From assembly GCA_963924565.1 (NCBI GenBank), contig OZ004612.1, positions 15,872,001 to 15,936,000 on the forward strand: 64,000 bases of DNA. The letters run 5' to 3'. Positions 39,103 to 53,599 of the stretch are shown here, piece after piece. Below the pieces are notes generated by a model that had not been told where the DNA came from, ran no database searches, and saw only the letters and a program-made list of their open reading frames with translations. Numbering within the stretch: position 1 is the first letter of the stretch; every line of letters starts with the position of its first letter. A program made the position numbers and the translations under genes. The DNA is from Ascidiella aspersa. Taxonomy: Eukaryota.

Positions 39103-42100
39103 GAAAATATGCCTTATGGTGTCAATCAAACCTGAAAAACAGATAAACTTAATTTAATTTTTGAACTTTGTTATAACCGCGGCCCTTCGGGCAGACTATA
39201 GCCTCTGCTGAAATTCCGAAATTCAAAAGGTAGTCCATGATTACTGCAGAAAAAAAATATTTTTTTTTGCAGGATTTATTTCATTTCCATTCACGCCAGA
39301 AATTTGTGGAACATCAGCAGTCCAACACATAAAGAATATACGAAACGCTATCGTCTGTGCTCCGCACCTAAAGTTGGGTATATGGGCGTGACTCTACCAT
39401 AAGTAATAATAATGGTTGCCATCTCGGCAAGTTAGCTTATGATTACGTGAAGTTCAAAAGGCAACAACCGGGGCGTTGCTTTTTAGGCCACGACGCCATG
39501 TGTTGCTTGTATCTGTGCGGTGTGATTACTGATTAGGTACCATATTATGCTAAACTTTGTTATGCTAGATGTTGAATCAAAATGGCATTAGATTAGTTTG
39601 ATGAGGTAACCATTTTAAGGACATGTTTGTTTATTCATACCTTATTTTGTAAGATTTTTAGAAAATGCCTTCGTGGATTTGAACGCTTTACGATTTCCAA
39701 TGGAAAGGCTAATTAGACGGTTTGTGAACCGTATCGCTGTAAGACAAGATCTCGTGCGTAATTTGGGCCGTCTTCTAAGTGAACCGTAATGGGTCATAAG
39801 ATTTTTATCACCTTGTCAAGTTGAAAAACACCAATTATATGCAGCTTTAAAGAGCTGTTGTTTTTGCCGTTACAACGCCATGCTGACTAAATTAGACACA
39901 TCTTCCAGGCTGTTATGCTGCCAAACGACTTTGAATGACTTTCAAATTTACTGCTAAGGATGTCGTCACGCCATAGCAATCGTCATAATCGTATTGCCCT
40001 CTGAGTCACCATATTGATAAACTAATTTGATTGATTGTAGTTGGTTATCCACAGCCATAAGGTTGCTAATTTTGGTTTTATTACTTAACACTATGTTCAT
40101 TCATACTAGTTTGATATGATTTTAACGTTTCACTCGTGAATAAACATTTATGTGTAAATTGGACATGTAACTGCGACAACTTTAATAAAATATGTTAGTT
40201 TAGACTTTAGAAGTATAATTTTTTACTTTGATGACGTTTTATTGTTGTCATATGATATGGCTGTAAAGTTGATGCTGGTGTAAATAACCTCTAACCTCCA
40301 AATTGACTGACCTTTACCAATTAAGCCGAGAGATGGCTAATGTCGGGCCAAATATAGCAGTAGTGTCGACTGTCGAGTCAAACGAGGACGCGGTTTCAGT
40401 TCTAATAAAAAAAGACCGCATCACTTAGTTAAGGACTATTGGCTTGAACCGTTTTCGCTTGGTTCGAGATTTAAGGGCATGAAAAAATGTTGCAACTTTC
40501 AGACCGTACAAACATTCATTTGCTTTATTTATTTATTAGGAGACTGACTAACTGTTCAAACGCGACAACTCCTTTGTAAAACACATATCCCATGTTGCCC
40601 AGGCGCTAGCTTAATCCTTTTCAACCCGAAATAACCCCGTTCCACGCTACAGCGCGTGTGCGTTGCTCTGAGTGGCAAATATTTAAGGCGATTAAACCTA
40701 CCCAGAACCGTTGGGGAAAAATCCGTTGCAAGGAATATATTATTTATACTGTTGATTTTCGCCCTTAATAACGGCTTCCTTTCTTTAAAACGACCAGAGT
40801 CAAGTCATTTAGAAAGAATGTCCATAACTTGCAAGCACCTGGTCAAAGATATAAATAGTTGGGCTATGAAGAAAAAGTATTAATGTTATTAAACTTTAAA
40901 TGTTTTTATGGTAAAAAATGTTGACGTCCTAACGTCTAGGCCTAAGTGTCATTTCGATCACCGGTCATATGTAATATGTTATATGGTTATACGGAACTGT
41001 GCCGGAAGGCATCACAGACCAAATCGTCGCCATCTTGGCATCCGGAAAACACAATAGGGTGAATCGAGTTTAAGTAGCGAAGACGTGTTCTCATTCACAC
41101 GGGAAAATGTTAGAACTTTTTGTTTAAATTCTGCAGGCATGACTGCAATCAACCATCTACTGCTCAATAGAACGAGATTCAGCAAATAGTATGATAAAAT
41201 ACGTCCATCGAGATACAAACCATTGGAAAAATACTTAAGTAAGACGTTCTGACAACAGGTACGTTATTGTCTTTAATTGGTGTTTATATGTAAGATTTGC
41301 AAAACAACTACAATAGAATCAGGCCATTAGTTTTTGAAATGACCTTCAACTGACAAACGGGTTCTTCGATAAGTCCACCGTCAGCACTTCCAGTTAGGAT
41401 AACCTGGTTCTCTAAGTTACGCGTGTGTCTGTAAAAATCCATTAAACCCGCTTTCCCCAAATAGAATCTTTGTGCCTCATACCCTGTTGAAACCCGACAA
41501 AGGCACGGCGTGACATCTTGAAGGTGGTCTCTTTGTGGTGACGAGAAAGTTCGTCCAAAGACATAAACATATTGAGAACGAAAACGAAGCATCCTTTCCA
41601 TTTGGATTACAAGTATGCCAGTTATGGTTAATAAAGAACAATAAAATACATTTAACATTGACGTTGCAGTGTCCGTTTTGCTTACTGGCATTGTTATTTC
41701 TATCACAAAATAATGTAACGCCTGGTCATATTACGAAAATAAAATTAATGGCCCATTCCTATATCCTTTGTTTTTTTATTTTTTATAATACGATTATTGC
41801 GTAACTGAAAGTTAACTTTATGTGGGCGTGCGTATATAAATGAATTCAGAAAACTAAATTTCCAAGGACCAACCTTCGGTTCACATGTCCATTCAATTTC
41901 AGCCAACCGCATTTTAGGTGGTGTAAGACGCCTGGCTGGTATCAATTACAATGTTCGACATAACTCCTTTCGACCCTTCCTTATCTTAACAGTGTCAACA
42001 GAATACCCAAAACTGTAATTGTGAAAAAATACAATGGCGTCCACGCGACCGTTTATTGTGTTGCGAAATATGCGAATCAGTACCGGAGAGCACATTTCGT

Positions 42101-43642
42101 TGTCTCCCGCACGCTTTGTTATCGGATAGCTCTTTATGTAATGAGTTGCGACGGCAAGATTTGGTCTAGAAGCCACTTTAAAACTGGAATATAAACGTAT
42201 ATGAAAGGTGAAATGCTGTGATTTTATGATTGTGGTTAAATCGTTGGTTTACGACTAAATGCCACCACTACTCACTATGTACAAAACTCTGACGGGCCGT
42301 CTTTAAATATACAAAGATAGGAACATAAAAAAAAATTAATTTGAAAAAACCTAAGTTTTAATACTTGTTTCGCGCAATCTTGCTTCGCGCGTTGTAGTGT
42401 TGTTTTTCTGCCCGAAATTATAGGCAGGTTGGCAGTGGAGGTCCCGAAACCAAAGGCTCAATCATGTGTCAACAATGGGATTTTTATTACGTCACAGCTA
42501 CGACTCACAGGTCGCGTCGAAGGCGTGTTGATTAGTGTTGCGTCAATAACTAAGGATAAAGGAGCCACGCGATGCGATCTGGGGGGTATTTGTGTTGTTT
42601 GAGAGGGTATCGCGGGATTTCATATTGTCAATAGTTAAAGTGTAGGAAAAATACTGGTTGTACTTTCTAGTTATTTACGTTTTGTCGAAAAAATAAACTT
42701 TTTTAACCGTAGAACCATCCATCAAATCGGTGAAATCACATTAGCGGAACTCTTAAAATGAGTTTATTGGGTTCATTGGTGTAATGGTGTATGCAGAATA
42801 TTGATTAACATTTCTGTTCTTTTAAATTGGTATTTGCGTTTTTGTCAAATTTATTTGAACCAAGATTTTCGTTTGCTTGAAGTTATTGTCCCCCAGGATG
42901 TTATTGGACCAAACAGCCACGTGATCACCCACACCACTTACGACGTCACAAACGTATGGTGAACGCGTCATTAGCTACTCGAACTGTGACACCGACTGGG
43001 TTTATGAAAAAACACACTTTTTGTTGGTCTGAAAAGACCGCTTGTTGACGATAAATGATGTCATTCGCAAACTGATAGTAGGCTACATCTATTGACGGTT
43101 TTCCATGCTGGTGCTTTTAAGATAGAACAATTATTTTTTGCGTAGTAACGTAGGAATGTAAATGATGAAAGCCAGATTCCAACTCACTTTTTTCGGTATA
43201 ACATGATTATTAACTATACTCTTTATATTGCGTTACGTTTTATTTCGATACCTGTTAAAATATTATTAATTTAGCCTCTAATAATAAACAAGATTTTATT
43301 GTTTTTATGGAAGCGTTTATTGCAGAATTAGCAATTTAAGCAAATATAACTTGCTTGGTTCTATGTGGTCACCTAAATATTGCTCGTGTTTTGCGACAGG
43401 CTGCGGTGTCAACAGATTTTTTTAAAGTCTTATAAAGTCTAGGACTGTCTAAACCCGAAAACAAAGAAAACCCGAATACACTGACATACGTTTGAAATGA
43501 AATATAATTATGAAAACAGAGTCATTTTTTTCCTTGCCATTTAAAAAATGAAGTAGAAGTAACAAATATCGATTTTTATATTGATAATTTGCCTTCAATG
43601 TCTTATGATCCGCCATTGTAAAGTGTTTCCAGAGCTTTAAGG

Positions 43643-43783
43643 CAGGGCTGCGGAGTCGGTGTAAAATACCATCAGCCCGACTTCAGTGAATTACATCAAC
43701 CGACAAAATAAAGTCAAGTCCGACTCCAGCGAAACTAGCCAGCTACAGCGAGTCTAAAGTTTGGTCACGATGCCACAGTCCTG
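43643..43783. mobile_element. degenerate short hAT MITE (CAGGGCTGCGGAGTCGG type)
   Basis: Left terminus CAGGGCTGCGGAGTCGG, internal CCGACTCC-like repeats, right CCACAGTCCTG. TSD not preserved. Confidence 0.5.
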
Positions 43784-46700
43784 TTTTCCACAAATCCACA
43801 TAACAAAATAGGTTGAATATACAGTCAAGTCGTTCATTTATAGTGGCGTCATTAGCTCCATCGTCCAATAAAGATGATTCGGTAATTGACTAATTCTAAA
43901 AACCGCAATCATCGCTCTTTAAAAATGAGCCCTCATAAAATTACATACGATATTAATAATTTTTTAAACGGAAATCAAGTATAGGGTGTGTATCATTTTG
44001 TATAAAGTTTAGGAGTGTCTTTCCTTCCGATTGAAATGACCGTTTGTCCAATTTCGTTGTCTTGTTGCCGAATGATGCCTCGTGAGTTCCGGAAAAAACA
44101 GCATTCCTTGGTTTGACTTTCAAGTGGCAACTATTAACGCTTCGTTTCGGGTTACGTTCGGGGTCAGCGCGCACGTGCTTCGGCGTCAAATGTGTGTGGG
44201 GTTGTTGTGAGGAAAAAATGGGCGACACACTTACCGTACCACGGCCGTACCACGTCGAATTTCCCATTTAGGGTAATAATGTATTTACCGTAGTTTGTAA
44301 TGTCAGATATGCTGTTTTGGTGCAAAAAAATACAACTATATCTTAATTAGATAAACAATAACGTTTTGCAAATTAGTATGCAAATATACTTTTCATCCAG
44401 TTGCTATGTTAGAGCAACATATTAAAGTACGGAGAAGTTTAATATACATGCCATATCTAAAATTGTCAGAACAAATCTCTAAAAAACCTTTTATAGCTTG
44501 AATTATTAATGTGGTGACTAATCAAGCATTAGAATTTCAAAGAGTCTGCCCTTCAGTAGAACCGTTCTGAGTTGAGTCTAATTTAGAAGCAACAGCTGTG
44601 AGATCTGCTTTAAAATAGACGCCCTCGAGAACCGACGGAAATGGTTTGGATCCGATGTCGAGCACAGCCAGATTGCATTTCCATCTTTTAAACACTTGAT
44701 TAAGTGGCCACTCTCAGCAGAGACTTCACACGCAAAATGTTGGCAACAGGGGGCGACTGAGATTGGATGTTGGTGTTTTGTTACACGCCTGGTATGCACA
44801 GTGGATGTTGTGCAGCACACTCGAAGAAGTACGACTGTTATTGATTCGAAACAAGACCAGCGATAATATTTGTCGGCGTGACATAATTTATGTGAAACAG
44901 CATTTCGAAATGTCATGCGCAAATTCGAATTGGTGCAGAGTAATTTTGTATTACTTGTTTAAACGTCACTAAATGTGTACTTTTTTAACTAATAATTTAT
45001 TTTTACAATATATGTTTTTCTAAGTTATTGTGTTACAGTTAAAACTATTTAATCATTCTAGAATAGTTTAGAATTGTTGCTATCCAAAATAGAAATAGCA
45101 ATATACTTCTTGTGTGGATACTTAAAAGTGTTTGAAACTTAACCAATGCAGTAAATAACCTTTTCGCAGTGTCTCACAATAACAACATTTTAAAGACGTC
45201 TTTTTCGTGCCTTTTTCCACTACGTAATAGTATAGAAATAACTAGTTTTATACGACACATTAAAAGATTAAAAAATACAGAATGAACGCTTTAGGCTTGA
45301 AAGGACCACCCATAAACCAACAAAGTTCAAGACAAAAAGATCTAAATCAAAGCGAAAATAGAAGAATTTTAGTTAGGGGTTAGGCTCGGTGGCCAAAACA
45401 ATTTCTCTTGCGGACATCCGTTATCTATTGTTAAAAAACGACTACCAAACGTCAACAATGGGCTTTTCAGCTTCGAGCCACCGAATCGCAGCCAATTCAT
45501 AAGCAGAGGTCCGTGAAATTAGCTTCCACGTTGCTCCATACATCACAGAGACTTGCCACTGCAGCACAATCCGCCAGGGTCTGATGGTTTACAAATGATT
45601 ATTTTTTGTTAAACTCCCCATACGAATAAAGTAATTTGTCCGAAAATTAGATGAAAGGGTTTTAAGTAGTTCGCAAGGTAATAATATGCTTGTTGTTCTT
45701 CAATTAGCTTTTATTTCAGCTAATCTTTCTAACGTTTGCGCGTTGAGGCTAGAGTAAACAGTTAAGAAACACTAGAGAAAAATACTCTAATTACTTCAAT
45801 CGTCGCGGCTTTAAAATCAGTAGCAATAACATAGCAAAACAATTGTAGAAAAATGTGTTTGCCTGTATAGCTTTTCCTTTAACCGAAAATTTATAAAAAC
45901 TTACACTTTTGTAAAAAATTAGGACAGTCGTGAATAGTTTTTAATAAGATGTGTGGCTTTAAAATCGTCATAATTTTAGCCCATGGTTTTTATTTAAGAA
46001 CGCATTAACTTTTTATAATATTGGGCTATTGTCTCCATTTAACCCAAACGTTTAACTTTGATATTATCGTCTGTTTGTTTCACCAATAGAACTAAGTTAA
46101 AGTAATCCTATCAGATGAGCGGAAAACATTCCTAATAACCAGATGCCTTTAATCGAAATCTTTTCAAGGGCGATCATCTTGAGTTTTATTCATTGGTTTT
46201 ATTGGACTGTATTTGGATTTAATTTATCTTGTAGAGCGATTTGGGTCAAGTGTAATTGTTAACGCCGTTAAGAATTTGTTGCCTTGTAACTATTGGTTCT
46301 AGTTTGATGTGAACTACAGAAAAAAAGTTAAATAAACTAGGCCTACTTAAACGTAGCCTAATTAATAAAAGTAAGGTTCACATAAAAAACAAAATTAAAG
46401 CCGCTTTCTTGCTTATTATTGTATAGGTATTGTTAAATAAAAAACAGGAAATACGAACAATAATCTCAGACATTGCTCTGCAGCCCCGTCTAACGTAGGG
46501 GCAGAGAGAAAAAATTACTGTCCAAGCCTTTTGTGCACAAGCAACTTATTTTAACTCAATGGCTCAACCCAACATTTTTAATATTATATGATATAGCTTA
46601 GCCCTGAGTAATCCAGTAACTGGACTGTTTTTATTAGATATATTTTTAAACAAGTGCTTGATGTTCCAAAACATGTTTAGTTTTTGTTTTTTTGTTTACG

Positions 46701-49129
46701 AAATATACCTACGAAAGAAATGAGTCTAGACATTGCAATAGACATAAATGTATTTTTAGTGCAATGTAACTTGCACGTTACTTGAAGAATGAACTGGATT
46801 TGGACTTGACTTGGACTTAAATTATTTGGCAAATAACTTTACCCGGAGAAGTCATACAAAAGTGATTCAATTGTTTTACAACACTGGGTTTTCGTTATTT
46901 GGCGACCACTAAGTGTATAAAATAAATGATAGCAGTCAAACATGACGTTGACACTTTCAATTTGCTTCACGCGTTTAAAATATAAAATGTAGCTTACGTG
47001 ACCTAAAAATTAATACGATGGTTGCTCGAGGTATGACTCGCGGGTGTGTAAAGTTCTCCAAATCGGCCAATGTGACGGTAGTTGAACGACAGGCGTCTGT
47101 ATTTCATCAAATTTCTAAGGGATGGGCGTGATTTTGGGAATATTCGGTCTCAAAATAGAAGAGGCCGAAGGCGATATTCACGAATCGCGAAATCACATCA
47201 AAGCGTTTTCAGGCACTCCAGATTTTTTTTATTAGCAATAAGGTCATGACCGGGAAAGTTTTAAGGGAATATTGCAACACCCACGACGTGACGCGAACCC
47301 GATAAGAAGACGTTTATCACGATATTTTTAAGACGGTTCAAGGCATAAACAATAAACATGTCTTAAAGCGGTGATTCTTAAAGTGTATACCGCATTAGCG
47401 TGCCTTGAGAGATTCCGACGTGTGCCGCGAAACTTATAAATTTGGAAAATAGCATATTTTTTTACAAATAGGCATGTGCAAGCATGCGACACTAAGGCAC
47501 AATATCCATTCAAAAACTCATAATATTATGCATTGCCTTACCGTGGATTTAATACGTTGTTCTATAAACTGTGCAGTGATTTTTTTGTACTCATCTCAGT
47601 GCGCTGCAAGCCATGTTTGTAAAACTGGTCTTCTTGAAGCACTATTTTATTGCTACATGATGCACTTCAAGAAAATCAAAAAGCCGTGAAGTATTTTCTT
47701 AGAAAGCTGTTCTTTGTTGGGTGGGACGGAAATAAGGGTAGGCCAAGTGCAACAAACCACCTGACAAAGTGAAATTCATATGTAAACAAACAAATATGTG
47801 CAGTAACAGTAACGCAAACTTATTTTGTTTAAGAAATTATTATAAAAGATAATGTAATAAATTATATAAGCAACGAAAAAAATATACAGCCTATGACATA
47901 AGCGCCCTATTTACAATAACCGTTGTGTAGCAAATACCTCAGAATATTTACGGCCACATATAATATAAAAAGTTTCAAGATTTACCTCAATATTATAAAT
48001 GGACGGCAACCCAATCTAGAGTACGTTTCTACTTTCTAGTAGTTACCCGATTCCAAACTCTCTTAAAAATAAAGAAACAATTACTTCAAAGTAACATATC
48101 AAACTTTCGTTAAAACGAAAATTGCCAATATCAGGCCAACGACAATAACATCGATCAAAAAAATAAGGTGTTGCTTTTGTGCGCCACCTTGTGACTATTA
48201 AAAATAGTCCATAGGGCCGAGTAAAAGTGATAGCGTTTTAAGTTTATCGGGGAAAGTGGTCTCTTTTTTTAACCTTCATAAAAAAAAAAATTATACATTT
48301 GTAGGCCTACATGTCAGTGTTCTGAACTATTTTTGCCGAAAGATTCTCAAGTGTACAGTAGTCCTTTTTATGCTTGGGGCTGCGAGACTTTACTTCACTA
48401 CTTACCTTTTGCCTTGCAAAGCAGTTACGGCGAATGTCAACTTATAATTTTTTTTTTTTAAAGTGTGCAGCAAATTATGTTCAAAAAGGGGGTATGTGTA
48501 AAGCCATACGACTGTTGGGTCAATACTAAATAGCCCTAACAACTATTTTTGTACTAGTTATTTGTGTTGATTAGTCGTATCAAGCTTAGAATTTATAGGA
48601 AGTTATTAATTTTACGTTTACTGTTTGTTTAGACATTTATTGATAAACTTTAAAATACAACTGAAGTTTAGCTGTCAGGTAATCCTGAATCGTCCCCTTG
48701 GTACTATAATGTAAACGCAAAATGTAATATAAATATCTGTATTTCTGTTAATCTAAGATTGTAAAGCCTCGTCTGCCATAGCCTCGTATGACGGAATAAT
48801 TGGATTTCGTTGATTCTTTGTACTGTTTAATACAGAGGTTCCCAACGTGGGCGGTACCGCCCCCTTGTGGGCGTTGGCGAGTTACAAGGAGGCGTGTTGG
48901 GTCTTTTTCTCATTTGGGGGGCGCTGAACACATATAAGGGGGCGTTACATAAAAGTACTTATGGCAACATTTCATAAAAAGTTTACATAAAAATAGTAAC
49001 AAACACCACTTTAGGTAATTTTTAACCTTAAATGGCAACTTCCGTACTGCGAACTTGGAGTAGTTTCCCGATCATTGTTTGGCTTTCTTCTGTTAGGTTG
49101 TTGGTTGCTGTTGCGTTTCACCGTTTTAA

Positions 49130-49420
49130 GGCCCGTTTACACTACAGCTGCACTGAGCTGCACTGGGCGTGAAATTGTTTTCACTTCAGCTGCAGTGAGC
49201 TGCGCTGGGCGTAAAAATCTCTCCAAACGTAATGTGTTTCTATAGCTGCACTGGGCTTGAGTTTAGCAAAGCGTGAAAATCGCTCCAAAGCGTATTTTTA
49301 AGCTAGCTGCAGCTGCTGCACGGGGCTTGAGTTTAGAAAAGCGTGAAACGCTCGCCACAATAGAATTTAAATGCAAATTACGCTTTGCTCAGCTCAGTGC
49401 AGCTGTAGTGTAAACGGGCC
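49130..49420. mobile_element. young MITE with perfect 31-bp TIRs, TTAA-flanked (Harbinger-like termini; Kolobok not excluded)
   Basis: GGCCCGTTTACACTACAGCTGCACTGAGCTG is exactly inverted at both ends, with TTAA on both sides and internal AGCTGCAC subrepeats. Confidence 0.92.
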
Positions 49421-49453
49421 TTAATACGTGGCAAAATGTCTGTATATTTAAAG

Positions 49454-50071
49454 CAGGGGTCGACAACCTACGGCCCACGGGCCAGATTCTGTCCGCCGCC
49501 ACTTTGACAACTAGATAGGAGTCCATTTCAAATACTTTTTGACTATTTTAACTTGGTACGGGCGAAAAATTTTCGCGCTTCGCGCCAGTGATCTATCTAC
49601 GTCCAGTTTGTTTGCGTTTTGATGCTGTTTTTGGACTAGATCAGCGCTACTTTACCGTTGCGCCATGGAAGACTGCTAAGTGCGTCGCGGACAAACGTAT
49701 TCAAAAATATTAGGCATATATTTTTTAACATTTTTTCATTTTTTTTTCGGCAATGTTATAAAAACTAGCAGAAAATTTAAAAGAAATGCCGGTATAGCTC
49801 AAAAAAATCGCAATTGCTTCGCTCGCCAGGTGCGCCCGGACTTCAAAACATTAACAAACACTGAATTACACTATCTATTAAGGCTATCGCGTTTCCTCAA
49901 AATAGCTTTATTGCACTTTTCATTAGTAGTATGGATGAAAAACTAACACTTTAATAACTCAATTTCTTCTAACATTTAATAACACAATTCTTAGTTAACA
50001 TTTTGTGCGGCCAACAGAGACCTTTCTGAATTTGTTTGATGCCCGCGACTAGAAAAGGTTGCCGACCCCTG
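49454..50071. mobile_element. hAT (Charlie-like) MITE
   Basis: Termini CAGGGGTCGACAACC / GGTTGCCGACCCCTG; TSD ATTTAAAG/ATTTAAAT. Confidence 0.9.
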
Positions 50072-50153
50072 ATTTAAATCTTGGTGCAGAAAGTATGACA
50101 TAACCTTGTGAAATAATGTATGTATTAATTCCTACAGAGAATGTATGTTAGAC

Positions 50154-50514
50154 CAGGGTTTCCCAGTTTTTTTGGACCACGGACCACTATTTGTGAATCT
50201 GTGTTTTCGCGGACCGCAATACAATTAAAGTTAAGTTACTGAAGTTAACAACTAATTTAATGGCAGTATAATTACACAATTAAATTATCCTATAACCGCA
50301 CTTCGTTTCTCATATCTGCCTAACAACCAACTTTTTACTCACTAATCTTCGCGCAACAAGTAAGAATAACTGCGGCCATTATTAAAAAGGTACGTAGCCT
50401 GTACTGTACAAAGTATATGTGTGACTTTTTAATTTCTTGTCATATCGCCGCGAACCACCTGTGCAGTCGTCGCGGACCACCAATTGTCCGCGGACCACAG
50501 TTCGGGAAACCCTG
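50154..50514. mobile_element. hAT MITE with GGACCAC subterminal repeats
   Basis: Termini CAGGGTTTCCC / GGGAAACCCTG; perfect TSD TGTTAGAC. Confidence 0.92.
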
Positions 50515-51572
50515 TGTTAGACAACCTAAAATATGACTGACAGCTTATCGAAACGAAAGTTAAGACAATATGATGTTAGACAACGACTAATATAATACTT
50601 TACCGTAAAGCAAGATAAGGGGGCGATATGAAATAATATTGAGCTCAAGGGAGCATAGTGTAAAAAAGGTTGGGAAACACTGGTTTAATAGATAGAGAAC
50701 CGTCACCGTTGAAAGACTCGTGCACTCTGTGTGACAAATATAAAGGCAGTACATGCACAGCACAAGAGAACGGGACGCGTTCCAACTAGGAAACACCCAT
50801 GTAAAGGCCAGGCTACATAGGTCGCGTAGTTGCAGTCACGACCGTTACTTATTAAATAAATAAATTAGGCCATACTTCTGTCGCTTATCAGTCTGCGTTA
50901 AATGGGACCGAATTTGTCAAAGTTTCTTAAAGCTTTTTGTTGAGGTGTTCTTGGAGTCCATTCGGCTTCATTGCCTTAGTTTGCTTAGTAGAAAAGGTAA
51001 ATCCACAAACAAGGCACATTGGACGCTCAGCTATATTAACGTATTTCTTTTTTTATCTTGCTTTATATTGGTCATTGGAGGAGTAAGTTTACATGTTTCA
51101 GTTTATAATAAGTGTATATGGCTCAACTAACCCAAATGTATAACAAAGATAAGGAACACGCGATAATTATTTACGTATTTTACGTAAAATACCCAAAAGA
51201 CATAGTGAATGAACTCGTGCCCATAGTTTGCAATAGAGGTAGCTGGCAATAAGTTGCCGATTCCGGATTTAGAATATGCGTTATCGAACCCGCCAAGGTT
51301 TTCGGTCCAGAAGAGGTGATTTTGCCCTGTAAGTCTTGTTGTGTATTACAAACAAACTTCCGAATCCAATTTATAAGAAAATGTGCGTAAGCTGGCTAAC
51401 GGAACAAAGCGGACTTCTCAATGTTTAATTCAAATATTGCGCCACGAAGCGCTTATTGTGTTGTATATTAGAGCGTGTCGATACGCGTCTCGGACGCCAT
51501 TACAGTTACAAGTTTCGGACGAAACGAGGTGTTCATCTTGAAACGTTAATTTTTGGATGTCATGATATAAGG

Positions 51573-51906
51573 CAGTGGTTTCCAACCTTTTTTGGCTTTC
51601 GGCATCGGCACCATACAGAAACTATAAATTGTTCGCGGCACTCTTGATCGTATTTTTGCTGAGTGGTCAACTGTAAGCGTAACGTTACAATAAAAACGAT
51701 AGCGAAACAGCATGTTAACTGTGCAACAAAGGTTAAACAATCTTTTTAATGTTGACACTTTTATCGTACACAAAAATGTATCAAAAAGCTTACCAATGGA
51801 GCAAAAATTGGAATCCTAAAGAATTTGAAATATATCTCGGCACCATGAGGTTTGAAAATGGCACCCTACTACTAAAGTGCCGCGGCACCTCGGTTGAGAA
51901 CCACTG
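51573..51906. mobile_element. hAT MITE
   Basis: Termini CAGTGGTTTCCAACC / GGTTGAGAACCACTG; TSD ATATAAGG/ATTTAAGA (6/8); CGGCAC subrepeats. Confidence 0.8.
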
Positions 51907-52274
51907 ATTTAAGATAAGGGTTCAAATAGAATTAGATAACCGTATAAACTGGTTGCTTTAATAAATGTTTCAGCGATGTGGTAGGATTCTAGACCAGTTC
52001 TCCGCAACCGGTGTGCCTTGAAGTTCCCAGAGATCCACTTAACTGCTAACTGTATTAGGACATGCATATCTTTTTTGTGTTGGTAACCGCAGCACTAAGT
52101 GCATAATATGAAGTAGTACGAACTTAATTTTTTGTGGAGATATTTATTGCAATGTTTTTGTAAGCAAGTTAAGGTACATGGGTAAAGTTTTAACCTAGGT
52201 GGTCCCAATTTAAGTATTGATAAAACTTTGAAGTTGTTGATGGATTAATTATTTATACTTTTTCGATTTTACAG

Positions 52275-52410
52275 GTTTGTTCAGCTATACAACGCAACTA
52301 CCAAAGAAAAAACAACCAAGAATGCAATTATGGCTGTTCAATCTAAAACCATGAGTTATACTGCTGCAAACAAGACATTTAATGTACCCAAAACTACACT
52401 AATAGGAAGA
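52275..52410 (+). pseudogene. pipsqueak-type HTH remnant of a pogo-like transposase
   Basis: After acceptor TTTTACAG: RNYQRK, a frameshift, then NAIMAVQSKTMSYTAANKTFNVPKTTLIGR (psq HTH pattern AIxAV...mS...AAxxFxVPxxTL). Interrupted by the next insertion. Confidence 0.65.
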
Positions 52411-53261
52411 GCGTCTCCCTCCCACACCAGACAAAGTAAACATTTTGCTTTTTTGCGCAGTAACATTTGCTTTTGCGCACTTACATCATTCTCGAATTAA
52501 AACTAAAATATCTTCATTTTTTGTCACAACTATTTGAGCATTTCGCATTGGTCACTTTTTGTTGATGTTTTTAGCTAAAAGCAAGTAAACAAAAAAACAA
52601 ATTCGCATTGACAATTGTGACGTAATAAATTACTTTGTCTATTCGGTTTTCATCATACACGCTGTGTACGTTTTTTTATCTCACGTAGAACTAAATGTCA
52701 GGAAAATCAAGCTTAAAAAAAATGAGTTTAGAAGAGTACCGAACACAGCAGTAGACTGTTTGATAATTTTGGATCATGAAACCGAAATGCATTTTTTAAG
52801 ACGTAATTTTTTAACACCATTGCAGTTTTTACACTATTTCTGTGCAGATACATCTGTGGGGTCAATAATGGCCCTCACAAATTGACAAAATCATCTTTAT
52901 TATTACAAATGAGCAAATAGTTCGTGATTCTGGATTGTGCGTTAAAGGCATCACGCATCCTATTTTTAAAATTAGACATTTCGTCAATTTAACCCAAATA
53001 TTCGCACATTTTTTTTCCGACCGCTTTGTTGCCATATCCTTAAACATATTTAACTCGATTTCAGTTGCACATACAAGTTTATTGAAAATATTTGTTTCAT
53101 GACGTCACGCTTTTTTACGTCATCCTTAAAATTTACACGCCTCGCCCCTATACCAAAAAACATTGATATGCCGCGGGCCTCTGCTAACGCAGCCTTAAAA
53201 TATTCTTGCGCACTACAAAACATATTTGCGCAGTAGAAAATTTTCTTAGAGGGAACACTGC
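52410..53261. mobile_element. degenerate hAT-like element (CAGTGTTCCCTC type)
   Basis: Right terminus TAGAGGGAACACTG; TGCGCA subterminal repeats at both ends; left terminus decayed. Confidence 0.5.
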
Positions 53262-53599
53262 CTACGAGCCGGAGTAAAGCGGATTTTCTGAGGTTTTAAA
53301 ATTAAAACGGGTAACCTCTTTTTCAGATAATCACGTTTAAACAGATAATGCCACTCTTGCCAGAATACGATACAAAATTACAGTTGTTTGTTTCAGGATG
53401 CAGGAAAAGACCGTAAGGAACACCGAGTCAACGGCACCCTGTTTGCGATTCAATTGGAAGTATATACACAAATCTTCATCAGAAAAAAATTTTATACACA
53501 AAAAATATAAGAAAACAAACGAAAAATCACCACCAGCAACGCAGGTTTAGTGCCAGAAATAACGTGAACACAGTGATACATTTACAACTTGACATAAAC

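Larger units (their letters stand above)
48833..50682. mobile_element. hAT MITE hosting three nested MITEs
   Basis: Termini CAGAGGTTCCCAAC / GTTGGGAAACACTG; perfect TSD GTTTAATA. Confidence 0.9.

Noticed and set aside
42770-42790. GGTTCATTGGTGTAATGGT resembling a tRNA-Gln 5' end
   Set aside because: No anticodon arm, T-arm or B-box follows.
53398-53570. A-rich segment after an acceptor, possibly a retroelement ORF
   Set aside because: Short, with no recognisable motif.
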